Origin: Phallusia mammillata
Lineage: Eukaryota
NCBI GenBank assembly: GCA_965637545.1
Contig: OZ281498.1
Location: 22,382,001 to 22,446,000, forward strand
Direction: 5' to 3'
DNA length: 64,000 bases
Of this stretch, positions 11,401 through 30,973 are shown one piece after another. The notes under the pieces are model-generated. The model saw only the letters and a program-made list of their open reading frames with translations, was not told the origin of the DNA and made no database searches. The stretch's first letter is position 1. Each line of letters begins with the position of its first letter. Both the position numbers and the translations under genes were made by a program.

Positions 11401-13956
11401 GTAATAAAACTGGCGGAAGAGGAAAATAGTAACACAATGAATTACATATAAACCATTGCATAGTTTTTCAATTAAGGTTGAACTGTACTCCTGAAACTAG
11501 AAACACAGGGTGTGTGTCTGTACCTGTATAAAATGAGTGTCAGCATACTAAAACGATATATTTTGTCTTACTTGACAGGCATGGCTACTATCAACACAAC
11601 TCAAGCACAATCAACCACTGACTCCGATTTTATCATGGAAGGTATTTTGTCATTTTTGTGGTAAATTTTACACATAACCATGACTCCTGGGACCATTAGA
11701 TGCACTTTGCCAAGTTGTTTAAATTGCACTTTGCCAAGTTGTGGACTTCTCTATAGGTCTACTGGTCTATACAATTTGACGACAAAAGTATTTTAAATAT
11801 ATCCAATGTACTTTATAGATACTAATACTCTATTGTCTCATGTAGGGACATCAGTCAATTTATCAACTGCAACAACAGAAGATCCAACTCATTTACCGAT
11901 CAATGAAACAACTACCACGCCTGTAGATCCCACAGCGTTTGCTACAACAGATAACACAACTGCTTCTATGTCCAATGACTCTACAACCACACCTGTAGAT
12001 CCAACTGATTTATTAATTAATGACTCAACAACCACACCCATGAATCCAACAACATTGGCTGCAACAGACAGTGCAACAGTATCTATGTCCAATGACTCTA
12101 CAATCACACCTGTAGATCCAACTGATTTACCGATCAATGAAACAACTACCATACCCATGGATCCAACAGCGACTGCTGTAACAAACAATGCAACAGCTTT
12201 AATGTCCAATGACTCTACAACCACACCTGTAGATCCAACTGATTTACCGATCAATGAAACAACTACCATACACATGGATCCAACAGCGACTGCTGTAACA
12301 AACAATGCAACAGCTTTTATGTTCAATCACTCTACAACCACACCTGTAGATCCAACTGATTTATCAATCAATGACTCAACAACCATACCCATGGATCCAA
12401 CAACGACTGCTGTAACAAACAATGCAACAGCTTTAATGTCCAATGACTCAACAACCACACCCATGGATCCAACAGTGATTGCTACAACAGACAACGGAAC
12501 AGCTTTAATGTCCAATGACTCAACAACCACACCTGTAGATCCAACAGTGTTTGCTACAACAGATAACACAACAGCTTCTATGTCTATCAACTTAACAACC
12601 ACACCCATAGATCCAACTGATTTACCCATCAATGAAACAACAACCACACCTGTGGATCCAACAGTGTTTGCTACAACAGATAACACAACTACTTCTATGT
12701 CCAATGACTCTACAACCACACCCATAGATCCAACTGATTTACCCATCAATGAAACAACAACCACACCTGTAGATCCAACAGTGTTTGCTACAACAGATAA
12801 CGCAACAGCTTCCATGTCCAATGACTCAACAAACATGCCTGTAGATCCATCAGCAATTGCTACAACGGACAATGCAACAGCTTCCATGTCTATCAACTCA
12901 ACAACCACACCTGTAGATCCCACAGCGATTGCTACAACAGACAACGCAACAGCTTCCATGTCTATCGACTCAACAACCACACATGCAGATCCAACAATGT
13001 TTGCTACAACAGACAACGCAACGGCTTCCATGTCCAATGACTCAACAAACATGCCCGTAGATCCAACAGCAATGGCTACAACAGACAGTGCAGCAGCTTT
13101 AATGTCTAATGACTCAACAACCACACCTGTAGATCCAACAGTGATTGCTACAACAGACAACACAACAGCTTCCCTGTCTATTGACTCAACAACCATGCCT
13201 GTAGATCCAACAACATTTGCTACAACCCTTTCAAATAATTCATCAAATACACAGGCAAATCAAACCACCTCTGCTTTTCAAAGTATGACTACATCTGTTA
13301 CCAACATGGCAACAGAAACAGTCACAAGTTCTACATTACAAACTACACCAACAGTAACTATTGCTATGACTACAAGCAACATAAATTCTACGGTGACAAC
13401 AAGTTCCACCCCAAGCATGACAGAAGCAACAACAATAGTGGCAACTACACAAAGCCCTACATCAAAAACAAATGCATCAGATGAATCAACAATTACCATG
13501 GAAACAATAACAACAGTCAGCACTGGAAGTTCCACACCAATGAAAGAGGAAACTTCTGTTAACCCTACAACAGTTGTGAATGTAGCAACAGCAAATGCTA
13601 TGACAGATACATCAACAGTCAGCATGGCTACAGATGCAAGTTCTACAACAAAAACGGCAAACATAACAACAGCAACAACTGTCAGCACTGGGACAGGCCC
13701 AACAACCAAGTCAACTATCATGACAATGACTAGTGGCTCCACTACAACCCAAGCAAATTCTGCAACAACAAATGCCAAAATGACAACAACTGTTAGTTCA
13801 ACGACAACCACAACAATACCAACTACTACTACCATCCCCACCACTACCACAGTAGTTGATACCACAAGTTCAGCAATTACTTTGCGTCCAGCTTTAACTG
13901 TTTCCAGTCTTTATTTTACTATAATCTCACTATTGTTGGTTAACATATCAATTTAA
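8481..13956 (+). CDS. GPI-anchored, Thr-rich mucin-like glycoprotein (736 aa)
   Basis: Exons 8481-8517 (MTARLLLFCFII, signal-like), 11579-11641 and 11846-13956 are all phase 1 and total 2211 nt. They encode TTTPVDPT-based repeats and the C-terminal tail TTSSAITLRPALTVSSLYFTIISLLLVNISI-stop. AATAAA lies at 14313-14318. The link between exon 1 and exon 2 is inferred from phase and signal-peptide logic. Confidence 0.8.
10592..10887. mobile_element. hAT (Charlie-like) MITE, 296 bp
   Basis: TIR CAGTGGTTCTCAACC / GGTTGAGAACCACTG. The 8-bp TSD is GCATAGAC / ACATAGAC (7/8). Confidence 0.9.
10950..11154. mobile_element. hAT-like MITE related to 4750-4925
   Basis: Ends are CAGAGTTG / CAACTCTA, the interior is CCCGA-rich, and the flanks GTTTCTGC / GTTTGTGT match 6/8. 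Confidence 0.55.
11873..13225 (+). repeat. Coding minisatellite with 72-bp (A) and 45-bp (B) units
   Basis: GATCC anchors at 11998, 12115, 12232 and 12349 give a 117-bp A+B period. The unit order is about (BA)5 A2 (BA)2 A5 plus a partial A. Confidence 0.9.
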
Positions 13957-15529
13957 GTCAAAACTTCATTTGTATGGATCACCTACTTGTGTAGTAGCAA
14001 ATTTTGTTTAGCAAGTTAGTAATGTTCACCTTGTTTCTGTTGGTGTATTTTGATCACTGAAACACTGTTTTGCGGTGTGATGTACACCAACTGATGAACA
14101 TATTTGTTTTGCTATGTAGTTGTTCTGCAGCAACATGTTGCCTTGCTTTTCAGCAAATTTTCATTCCTAAAAATGAAAAGGAAATGCCAATTGTCAGTTG
14201 CCTTAAAATTTTCTTTTTATATTAACATGCATATTGCTCAGGCACATTTTTTTACAGTATCTTGCAGTTCTGTACATATGTAGCTTGTTGTTTATACTTT
14301 GCAACTGTGATCAATAAAGATTTGTGCATTTTGATGTAATGTTAGTGATATCAACAAAAAGTAATTAAAAAAAACTCACACCTACAAATTCCAATTTTGT
14401 CTTTAAGTGCTTTGTCTATGGCATTTACGGGTTATGGTATACAAAAGGGTTGTTACATAAACGATACTTCTACATAGAGTGACACATTGCTGTTATCATG
14501 ATAAAATAACATGTAAACATCATTAAATACATCTTACACGTAGTGGATTCATGGGTTGAGGTTAATGGCACATCCGGTACAAATATTGCAATCCATATAT
14601 TTCCAAATTTTCAGTGGGTATCATACTCCATTTCATTTAACTGCCAACTACACAAAACGCGTAAAAAGACGACCTATGTAGTCTGTGGAAAGTTAGTTTG
14701 TTAAATAATTGGACATGTTATAATGTGTTTAAGTCCTTGCAATTATCAGACAAAGACTGTTATTGTAATCAGAAAAAGGGGTAAAATACGTTTACAAAGT
14801 TGCAGACCGTCAGAACTCGAAAGTTGTGAAAGCGGATTTTGCGGGAAGTTGCTCAGCCATGACGGTTTAAACTAAGCACAGACAGCGTATAAAGATTGGC
14901 CAGATACAAATTTTCTTTTTACTTTTTACAGTAAGTACTTTTATAATATAGGTTGTATAAAAAGTGTTTTTTTAAGCAAAATTATGTTTGCTCTGCGACA
15001 AACCAGGAAAAATACAAAATTGTTATTCAAGTTTTGTAACATTAAAATTGTACAAACATGAGAAGAAAAAAAGTTTTAAGCAATACTTCAAATAATTAAA
15101 AAAATAAATGAAGGCAATCATGATTTTCAATTTTTCAATCACCTGTTTTTTTACCGCTGGATTTACAGATTGTTAGACAACCAATAAATAAATCCTGAGC
15201 CGCGTGGGTAAAAATTAACGCAAACTTGTTTAAAAATTCAATCTATTTTATCTTACCACTACTTTTTACACCTATGTACTTATAAGTTCAAAATTCTCTA
15301 TTATTGGGCCTTTAATTTTCTTTTTAGGCAAAAGATTAAAAAATATTTGTTTTTTAAATAATCCCACACTGAACCGGATTTGACAATGCAGTGTTGAAAT
15401 TTCGCACAGGAGTACATAGTTACGAAAGAAGCTTGGTTTGTTTTCTGAAATTGTTACTGGCATAAAACGTAAATTTAAGCTTAACATAACGAAGAGAATT
15501 GAGTGAAAACATTTGGTGGGTTCCATACC

Positions 15530-18500
15530 ATGCCTCCCGCTCCCGAACCGGTAAGTTTATGTGTTTGAAAAGTACAACATATTTCAAAATTTGCATTTTG
15601 TTTTGTCGTTGCTAATTTCATGTCAAAACAGCACTATATGCATATATATTGTTTTGTTTTAAGGGCATGGATGAACAAGCTTCTAGAAACATGATTTTGT
15701 TTGATCAAACCAAGAAGGAATTGTTCACTCTTGGAAATGGCTATAAATCATGGCACAGAAAACTTAGAAACACATGGAAAGTTGCACAGTGAGTGCAGAT
15801 CAAAATAAATAGACTATTGTTGAAAACTATGAAATCTAGTGGAGTTAAATATATTTCAGACATTCACAATAGAGTAAGCATGAAAATTAGTCTTTTGACA
15901 TGTTTAAAAAAATACCAATACATTTTGGGACATGTTGGTTATGTACACCCAAGATCTTGTCGGAATCGCCATATTCTACAGACTGGTGTATATACTTTCC
16001 AAATGGATAATTTGTATTTGTAAGAAACACTTTACCCATTAAACTTGTTTTCTCTATTGTAGACACAAAGATGAGATATTGGAAGACAGATTAAGTCAAG
16101 CTCGTGTTTTTGTTATTGCTGCTCCCAGAGAAAAGTTCAGCACATTTGAAGTAATAACAAAAACACATTTCATTCCTATACATATACTGCACCTACATTA
16201 TTTGTCATTACTCTGATGAGCTTGCTTATGTTGTATTTTAGCTATGTAGTAATAAGTTTAGTAGTTTTTGTGATTCTAATTGTCGCTATTATAAGCTAAT
16301 TTCACATTGTAAACCGTAAAACAAATGCATTTCGCTTTTCGAAGCATCATCATGTCCGAAAACACAGATATGTAAGACTGGGATAAAACCAAATTTCCTG
16401 ATTTTATTTAACGGCCCTGAATCATCGCAGTCTTGCTTTACTTGAAAGAAGATTTCATTAACAAGAAAACTTTAATGCCGATTTCACATTTTGTTTTTCC
16501 TAGTTTGACAATCTGAAACGATACATAGAAGGTGGCGGGAGTCTGTTAGTGATGCTGGGTGAAGGTGGAGAAGGGAGTTTCAATACAAACATCAACTTTC
16601 TACTTGAAGATTACGGCATCATGGTTAACAATGGTAGGTAGTGTTACAATTACAAGACACATGATGCATCGTACCTTTATTAGATGAATAAACCTACTAT
16701 TTTCTGTACCTAATACACAAGTAAAAAGTAATTTTATATCAAAACTATAAGCAGTCAAATGCTTTCACAATTGGATTACATAAACATATTCAAACATCTG
16801 AAAGTTTGGATAATCCATGTTTGTATATGCAGAGTAAATTCGATCTCAATTTGTTTTCAGATGCTGTTGTGAGAAGTGTGTATTACAAATACTTTCATCC
16901 AAAGGAAGCCTTGGTAAGCAATGGGGTACTGAACCGTGCAATCAGTCGTGCTGCTGGAAAATATGTTCCAGGACTAGATGACGATGAAAAAGACAGAGTC
17001 AGCTCGATTTCACAGTAAGCTATACACACACTTATACTGTAAAAAGCAGCTGTTACTGACTAATGGATAACCATTTTGATTTTTTCAGGGCACTGCAGTT
17101 TGTCTACCCCTATGGTGCAACTTTAAATGTAGCCAAACCATCAACTGCAGTCCTGTCAACAGGGTCTGCTTGTATTCCAGTGAACAGACCAGTCATTGCA
17201 ATGTACAAGTCAAAAGTAGGTCTACTGTTATGGTCGTGTTTTGTAAAAATTGGTATACAAAAACTTGTTGGTGAATACTTAAGAACCAAGCATAAATGAT
17301 TGTGCAAGAAATTATGCAGGGGGTATTCATGACTCTTAAGTATGGATTATATAGGTTACTGGCTTAGTAACATATCTTCTTTGAAAACGTTGATAAGTTT
17401 TTTGAATAATTTGTGTTTTGTTAATTTATTTGCATTTTAGCATTCCAGTGGAAAGTTGGTAGTGGTCGGTTCTGTTCACATGTTTCATGATCAATACTTG
17501 GACAAAGAAGAAAATGCAAAAGTCATGGTAGGATTTATCTCTTTGGCATTGATATTTTTGTTATTGCAAAAAATCCCAGCCGGAAATATATATCTTCTCA
17601 TGCCACTATTACTTAAAACAATTTAAAATACAGATCTGTGCTTGATCCAAAGCATAAGTGGCATATTGATCCTATAAATTGAGATAATTTTCAATTTTAG
17701 GCAGATATTTAAAATAATTTGGCTCCTAAAAAATAAACAGAACTGACACAACTGTTCTCTGTAGGATGTTGTGATGAGATGGCTGACAACAGATGACATA
17801 GAACTGAACACAATTGATGCAGAAGACCCAGAAATATCTGATTATCACATGTTACCGCACACTGAAAAGCTAGCAGACAGGTAACATTATACTACTATCA
17901 GCAAAATCTGATCAATTCAAACCCTCATAGTAATGCTTTAGTCTAGATTTTGCTCATTATAAGGCTATTGTTAAGTTTCCCACTGAATGAGTTGAGTTGA
18001 GTTTATTTCGCTTGGTGAAAGACAACATAGCAACACAATTGCACTAAAACAATCACCAAGCCGGAAATAGCTGCGCAACGTTAAAACGTTATGAAGCGCA
18101 AAAAAGTGTCGGGCACAATTGGTGGAAAGTGGTACAACGCGCTGCAGCTACACCGTATTATAAGGCGTTATATGTCGGGTGCTCACAAGAAAGTGAGTGT
18201 GGCGCAAAATGAGTATAACACGACTGGGGGGGAAACGATGGTGGGACCAGTCGCGGGGGCCCTAGAATCTAACCACCCGTGTTAGGGAAAGAGGGTGGGG
18301 TTCGACAGGAAAAGAAACCACCGAAAGAAACCCTGCCGGATAGTTTCAAGCGCCGGAAGGAAGAACACACAACAAATCCCTAGTCGCCATTAATAGTTAA
18401 CCTTGGACTCACTTGCAGTTAAAATTATTGATGAGTATTTTGGCAGTTGATTTAGTCATTTAAAATAAAGAATGTCATTTTTAATATTGAGGTTTTTTTT

Positions 18501-20747
18501 GTAAAAGCAGGTCAATTCAAAATAACTTTGGTCGAAGCCAAAAAAGACCCAAACCTAAGTGTTAAATAGGTTGCAAGTTATTTTTGTCATGAAGTTGGTT
18601 TGTGTTAGGTATGTATGTAAATTGTATTATGTGGCAATATTTTATTACAGACTGAAAAGTTGCTTGCAAGAAGGGGACGACATTCCTAACGACTTTACAC
18701 AGCTCTTTGACAAACAACTTTTCAAAATGGACAACAACATTGTACCCAAGATTTTAAAGTAAGAATTGAACAGTTGGAAAATTATTCGCAAAAAAAATCC
18801 TGCAGCATAATACTTTGGCAATGTTGTTTTCGGTTCTACACTATCAAGCCAGTGGTGTTACAAATTTATGCAAATACCTCTTGCATGTGGGTGTTTTCTG
18901 TTTCCATAAGGATTCAAGTTACTGTATTATATAGTATTTATGCATTTACTTATTACTTCACAGTGCATTTGATCAGCTAAGCATCAAGCATGAACCTTTG
19001 ACTCTTATTCCTCCAAACTTTGACACTCCGCTTCCTCCCTTGCAGCCAGCGGTAAGATTACTAATCAAAAGAACAAACATATCATACTATGCAAGAAATC
19101 TATGCAAAATAATGAATATTTGTAGAATGTTGTTCAATCAGTTTAAACAAAGCAAATCATTTCTCTTTACGCATGCCTAAGGGTTTTTTATAGTCTTGCG
19201 ACGGACTTGCAATCATGAAATGACCAATCAATGATTTTTTTGATATTTTGAGGATTTCAAATGGTCTTGAAACTAAGGTCTTTCAATTTTCAAGTTTATC
19301 TGTAACTGCCTTGCCAATTGCTTGTCACCAGTTGCACTGATGAGAACTTACAAGTCAAAACAGTGTGCACTGTCTGCACCTTACTTATATGCAATTGTTT
19401 GGTATTTAACCACAATTGTTCAGCTTTGCCGAATGGGTATTACCAAGAAACTTTTGTAAAAACTATCTTTTTTTAGGTTTTCCCACCCGAATTCCGTGAC
19501 CTGCCTGGTCCGCCTCTCGATCTGTTCGACCTGGACGATTGTTTCTCGTCCGAAAAAGTCCGTCTAGCTCAAATCACAAACAAATGTAAGTCAGCAACTG
19601 CGCCACCTTTTGGAGTCAGTTTGTTACGTCACTAACAGTATTCCGAACTCAATCTGCCGTGTATGTATTTTTTCCTACAATTACACCAAATTTTCTTTTT
19701 TAAAATTTAACAACCTTATACAGTGTATAATATACACAGGCCTTCTTATAAGTCGAAATAGCAACGTTTGACAAAATGAAGCATCTCGGTTTTTTTCTGT
19801 CGATTAAGGCCGTTACATGTCTAATAATACCTTCAAAATTACTTATATTTATGAAGGGACCGCAGTTGGCACGAATTTAAGTGTATACGCTACGCTACTG
19901 TTAAAAAAATGAATGTTCCTAATTTAAGTTAAGAAGTTCATTACAATAAAAGTATAGTCTAAAAACTAAATATTGGTATGAATTCTTTGTAGCACGAAAT
20001 ATTAAGTAGTAGTTTAATCTGTAGCAAAAAAAATGTTGTGGCAAAAATTGAAGCAGTAGCAAGTTTATAGAGCTCCTCTGGCAAATGTATTTTTTTCCGA
20101 CGTTTCGACGTCCTATACAGGTCGCCTTCATCAGGGTAAATAACACTGAATGCTTATTTATTGAAGCAGTAGCTTAATCTGATTTCGCTGTTGGTGTTGT
20201 TAATAGGCAACGACGAGGACTTGGAATATTACGTGCGCGAATGTGGAGACATCTTGGGAATTTCGCCTAAGCTGCCCAAGGACGAACGGGATGCGAAACA
20301 TATTCTAGAACACGTCCTGTTTCAGATCGTCGAATTCAAGAAGGCGATTCTAGTGAGTCCAATCGTTTTTGGTCTTTGACCCCAATTAGTAATGCTTATA
20401 CGTCCAACCCTTTGCGGTACTTGTTTTGTTATGATAATTACGTTACATTGTGCGATCCATGGGCCTAATACACAAACTAGCATACACAGTTAGTAATGCT
20501 TATAGAACAGCTTTGAAAAAAGTACCTTAAGCAAAAACGTGTTATCCAGGGAGCTTGTATGTAACAAATTTCATTAAAAAACGTGAATGGTGTACCTACA
20601 TTTCATAAAATATTATGTGTAGCAGTTCTCCAACAGTTATGTTATTAATCAGACAACATTTACAGCATTTTCTGTTTTTTTATGTCTTCAAAATGCCGAT
20701 GTATTTTTCAGGACCACGACATGGGCGCCGGCTCCTCAACCCCATGA
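15530..20747 (+). CDS. IFT52: Intraflagellar transport protein 52 (444 aa)
   Basis: 13 exons (15530-15550, 15664-15788, 16063-16150, 16504-16633, 16861-17014, 17089-17215, 17441-17527, 17765-17880, 18651-18758, 18964-19051, 19477-19585, 20207-20352, 20712-20747) total 1335 nt. Motifs MLGEGGE, YFHPKEALV, FVYPYGATL, DQYLDKEEN, DAEDPEISDY and HILEHVLFQIVEFKK match IFT52. AATAAA lies at 21195. Confidence 0.97.
17988..18163 (-). mobile_element. Retroposon 3' end, (AACTC)n tail family, in IFT52 intron 8
   Basis: On the minus strand it reads ...GCGAAATAAACTCAACTCAACTCA. It is collinear with 44815-44983. Confidence 0.7.
19333..19378 (+). ncRNA. Type I hammerhead ribozyme motif with a G12-to-A core substitution (probably inactive)
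   Basis: TGCA-CTGATGA-GAACTTACAAGTC-AAAAC-AGTGTGCACT-GTC-TGCA. Stems I, II and III can all pair, but GAAA reads AAAA. Confidence 0.7.
20093..20140 (-). ncRNA. Minimal type I hammerhead ribozyme motif (Penelope-like)
   Basis: Minus strand: TTTACC-CTGATGA-A-GGCG-A-CCT-GTAT-AGG-A-CGTC-GAAAC-GTC-GGAAAA. The core is intact, stems I and II pair, and stem III is reduced to the ACGT palindrome. Confidence 0.75.
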
Positions 20748-22899
20748 CGTCATATTACGTCACCACTGAATACGTCACATCACCGAATCAGGTTTGCAAA
20801 TCAACTTATAGCAGACTGGAATGAACGCATGGTTACCCCTATTTTTGTGTTCAAATTGGTTTGCATCTTTCCTGACAAAATGTTTTTTTGTTTCTGTAAA
20901 GAAGTCATTTATTTGTTTGCTTATACTTTACATCGACTGTTTTGTCCTGTTTGTATGGCATGTAATTTAACATTTAGATTGTATGCGATTTTGATTTTGG
21001 TAGTTTAAATCCCTGAAGATTGAAAATCGTCTATTTTTTGTGTTTTTTGTTTTTGGATTTGCGGCAATTTTTCACTGCACGTTTTGTTTCGGTTCAGTGA
21101 ATTTTCGGTTTCGGTCACGCTCAAATGAGTTTCACGTTTGACCCTTTATTTCTGACTTGTGCATTACCGAGTTTATTTTTGTACAAACAAACCTAATAAA
21201 ATTTTGAACTGTGCTAGTTTGTATTACAATCCTTCCAAAATGACAGCAGCTTGACCTATTGGTCCTTATTTCAGGGTTTTACTCATAGTATGTGGACATT
21301 AGGGAATGGCTATGTTTTCAACCAAAATTGCCAAAAAACAATAGAAGTTTGAGCATTTTTTATGGAAAATTTGCGTTTTTGCGGCTCATTCAGATCGACG
21401 TGCAAGTGTTTTTAAACTGTTCTTCCGGTTTTGAACTGTGCTGCCCTATTTGCAACAGTCAAAGCATTCGTACGTTTTACTACACACCATGCGCATTTTC
21501 GTTTTTCTGGCCATAATCGATTAAACAACGTATCGACAAAGCACAGTATGTTATGTTTGGTTTGTTTGTGGCAACTATCCAACATTTTGGCAAACGTTTT
21601 TTTCGAAACATAAGTACATGTGTCTCAAGCCTTACAATACAGAATACACGTATGTATAGATAAACGCATTTAAAGCTATTAACTGAATATAGGAACCGCC
21701 ATGAACGTCGTTTCGTTTAGTTCTTAGTAACACAAAACGCCCGCACGTCTATAAAGTGACGTCACTGGCTTTGTTAAGTACAGCAGTGACGTAATAGTGC
21801 TGTGGAGGGCGCTTCCTGTGTATCATGCCCACAGAATTGCAACACGGAACGAACAGTTGTAACAACTTTGGCCTCCTTGGCTGTTTGAAGCTGTATAGGT
21901 GATACTATAGTTCAACTGAAATGCCCCCGAGTCAGATAGCACTGTATAGTTGCTATTTAGTCAGCTAAGAAACAGAAACTATTGCATATACTACGTATAG
22001 TTGCTTATCAGGTAGCTTCCAACGTGGTGATGTTATGAAATATACGTTTTACAAAACTGTTAGGTGACAATACAACACAAAATGCAGCGTCTGCATAGAC
22101 GCTTCAGGGCTGATCCCGGTTATGAATTTATGTTCATCTTAAGACAGAACAATTTGTAAATTTAGCAAGTTTTAGCTCAGTCTTTCAAATCCTTTTTTGT
22201 ATCCTGTTTGAACCAGTCGTCCTGTTTGAAGTTTAACTTGTTTGGCTTCCGGAAGTAGACTTTATTAACCTGTTATGCACAAACGCGATTAAGTTACGAC
22301 GTTACACGACAAAGGCCTTAACTGCAGTGTATTGTTAAAACATTGTAGTCTAATTGATCATTGTCATTCGAAAAAATGTTCCACAAGGCACGTACAGTCA
22401 CTTAAGATCATTAGAAATCGTTTAAACAAAACCACCTGTTGCGTTAGTAGGATGTGTACTTTCATTTTTGATGTTTGTTGCCTTTGTTTACGAAAGCTAA
22501 GGTAATGTTGCTCTACAGCCATAAGTGTGGCGAATCTAAGTATTCAGTCGCAGGAAGCCGTTGTTAGGTATTCGTTACATATAAGTTCTACTTTGCATGT
22601 TGACCAACGAAAGTTGCAAACGCTAAAGGAAATAGATATTTATATTTTGTCTTTAACGACGTCTAATTCATAAGGTTCTAAACCGGGAATCAATTTGGTA
22701 AGTTTGACATGATTTGGGGTTCAATATTAGTAAGTTATCGATTTATCTGTTATGATATTAGTAAGCTGTAGATTTAAAGACAAAAATTTGGTCTTTAAAA
22801 TCTATCAAGCGGTAAATTAGATGCTACAAACCTCTGTTTTAAACTCTTTTATTATTTCAGCGCTGGATAGTTAACCTATTGGGGCAAAAAAGTAGGGAA

Positions 22900-30231
<7,332 letters not shown>

Positions 30232-30909
30232 TTTTATTTGCACCAATTTTATTTCCAATTGTAGGGAAGCATGTAAAAGCTGGCCACTGTAAGATCATGC
30301 CTGTAACCATTAGCTAAACTACACTGCGAAATTGTACTTGTTTGTCAAGCGACTTTGCACATACTCCTAATGCACAAATTCATGTGTTGTATGCTTGACT
30401 TTAGATAATATGGGTTGCTATAATATTTAGGCAACAATTTGTAGAATTTGCAGACTGCAGACTGCAGACCTACCAACTGGTTTTATGATTAAACGCCCGT
30501 TGCCAATGTTTACTTTTCTTGTGTCTGGGCATACATACAAGCTCCATTTAAGCAACGCTATTGGCCTGGTTAATTTACAGTTCATGTTTTATGTGCATCA
30601 TCGATTTATGTGCTGAGTATTATTCGAGCATTGTGCACTTACGCAAGGGCACACTGGTGGTTGACTTGTGTGCTTCTGGTTGTTCTTTTGCAGAATATTA
30701 AGTTGTTTTAATGATTTGTCAAGTGAAACTGTTACTGTCCATGCGCTTTTTAACATTGGTAAAATCCAGCAAAACCATTTCTAATGTTGTGTTTTTTACT
30801 ATTGATTAACGGTATAGTCCCATTGTACGCTTATATTTTAAAGTAAAAAAAGTAATAAAAAAGATTAAAGTGTTTTCAATATATAAGCTATTGCTGCCAG
30901 GCATAATAT

Positions 30910-30973
30910 CAAGTTTGTAGAGCTCTTCTGGCAAATGTAAAATTGCATTTGCCAGAAGAGCTCTACAAACTTG
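30910..30973. repeat. Perfect 28-bp inverted repeat with an 8-nt spacer
   Basis: CAAGTTTGTAGAGCTCTTCTGGCAAATG-TAAAATTG-CATTTGCCAGAAGAGCTCTACAAACTTG. Confidence 0.95.

Noticed and set aside
11889-13865. Long minus-strand Val-rich ORFs (145, 289 and 195 aa)
   Set aside because: They are antisense shadows of the ACA/ACC-rich mucin repeat, with no independent start, splice or domain support.
21013-21032. CTGAAGA-TT-GAAAATCGTC hammerhead-like string
   Set aside because: Stem II is absent and stem I cannot form.
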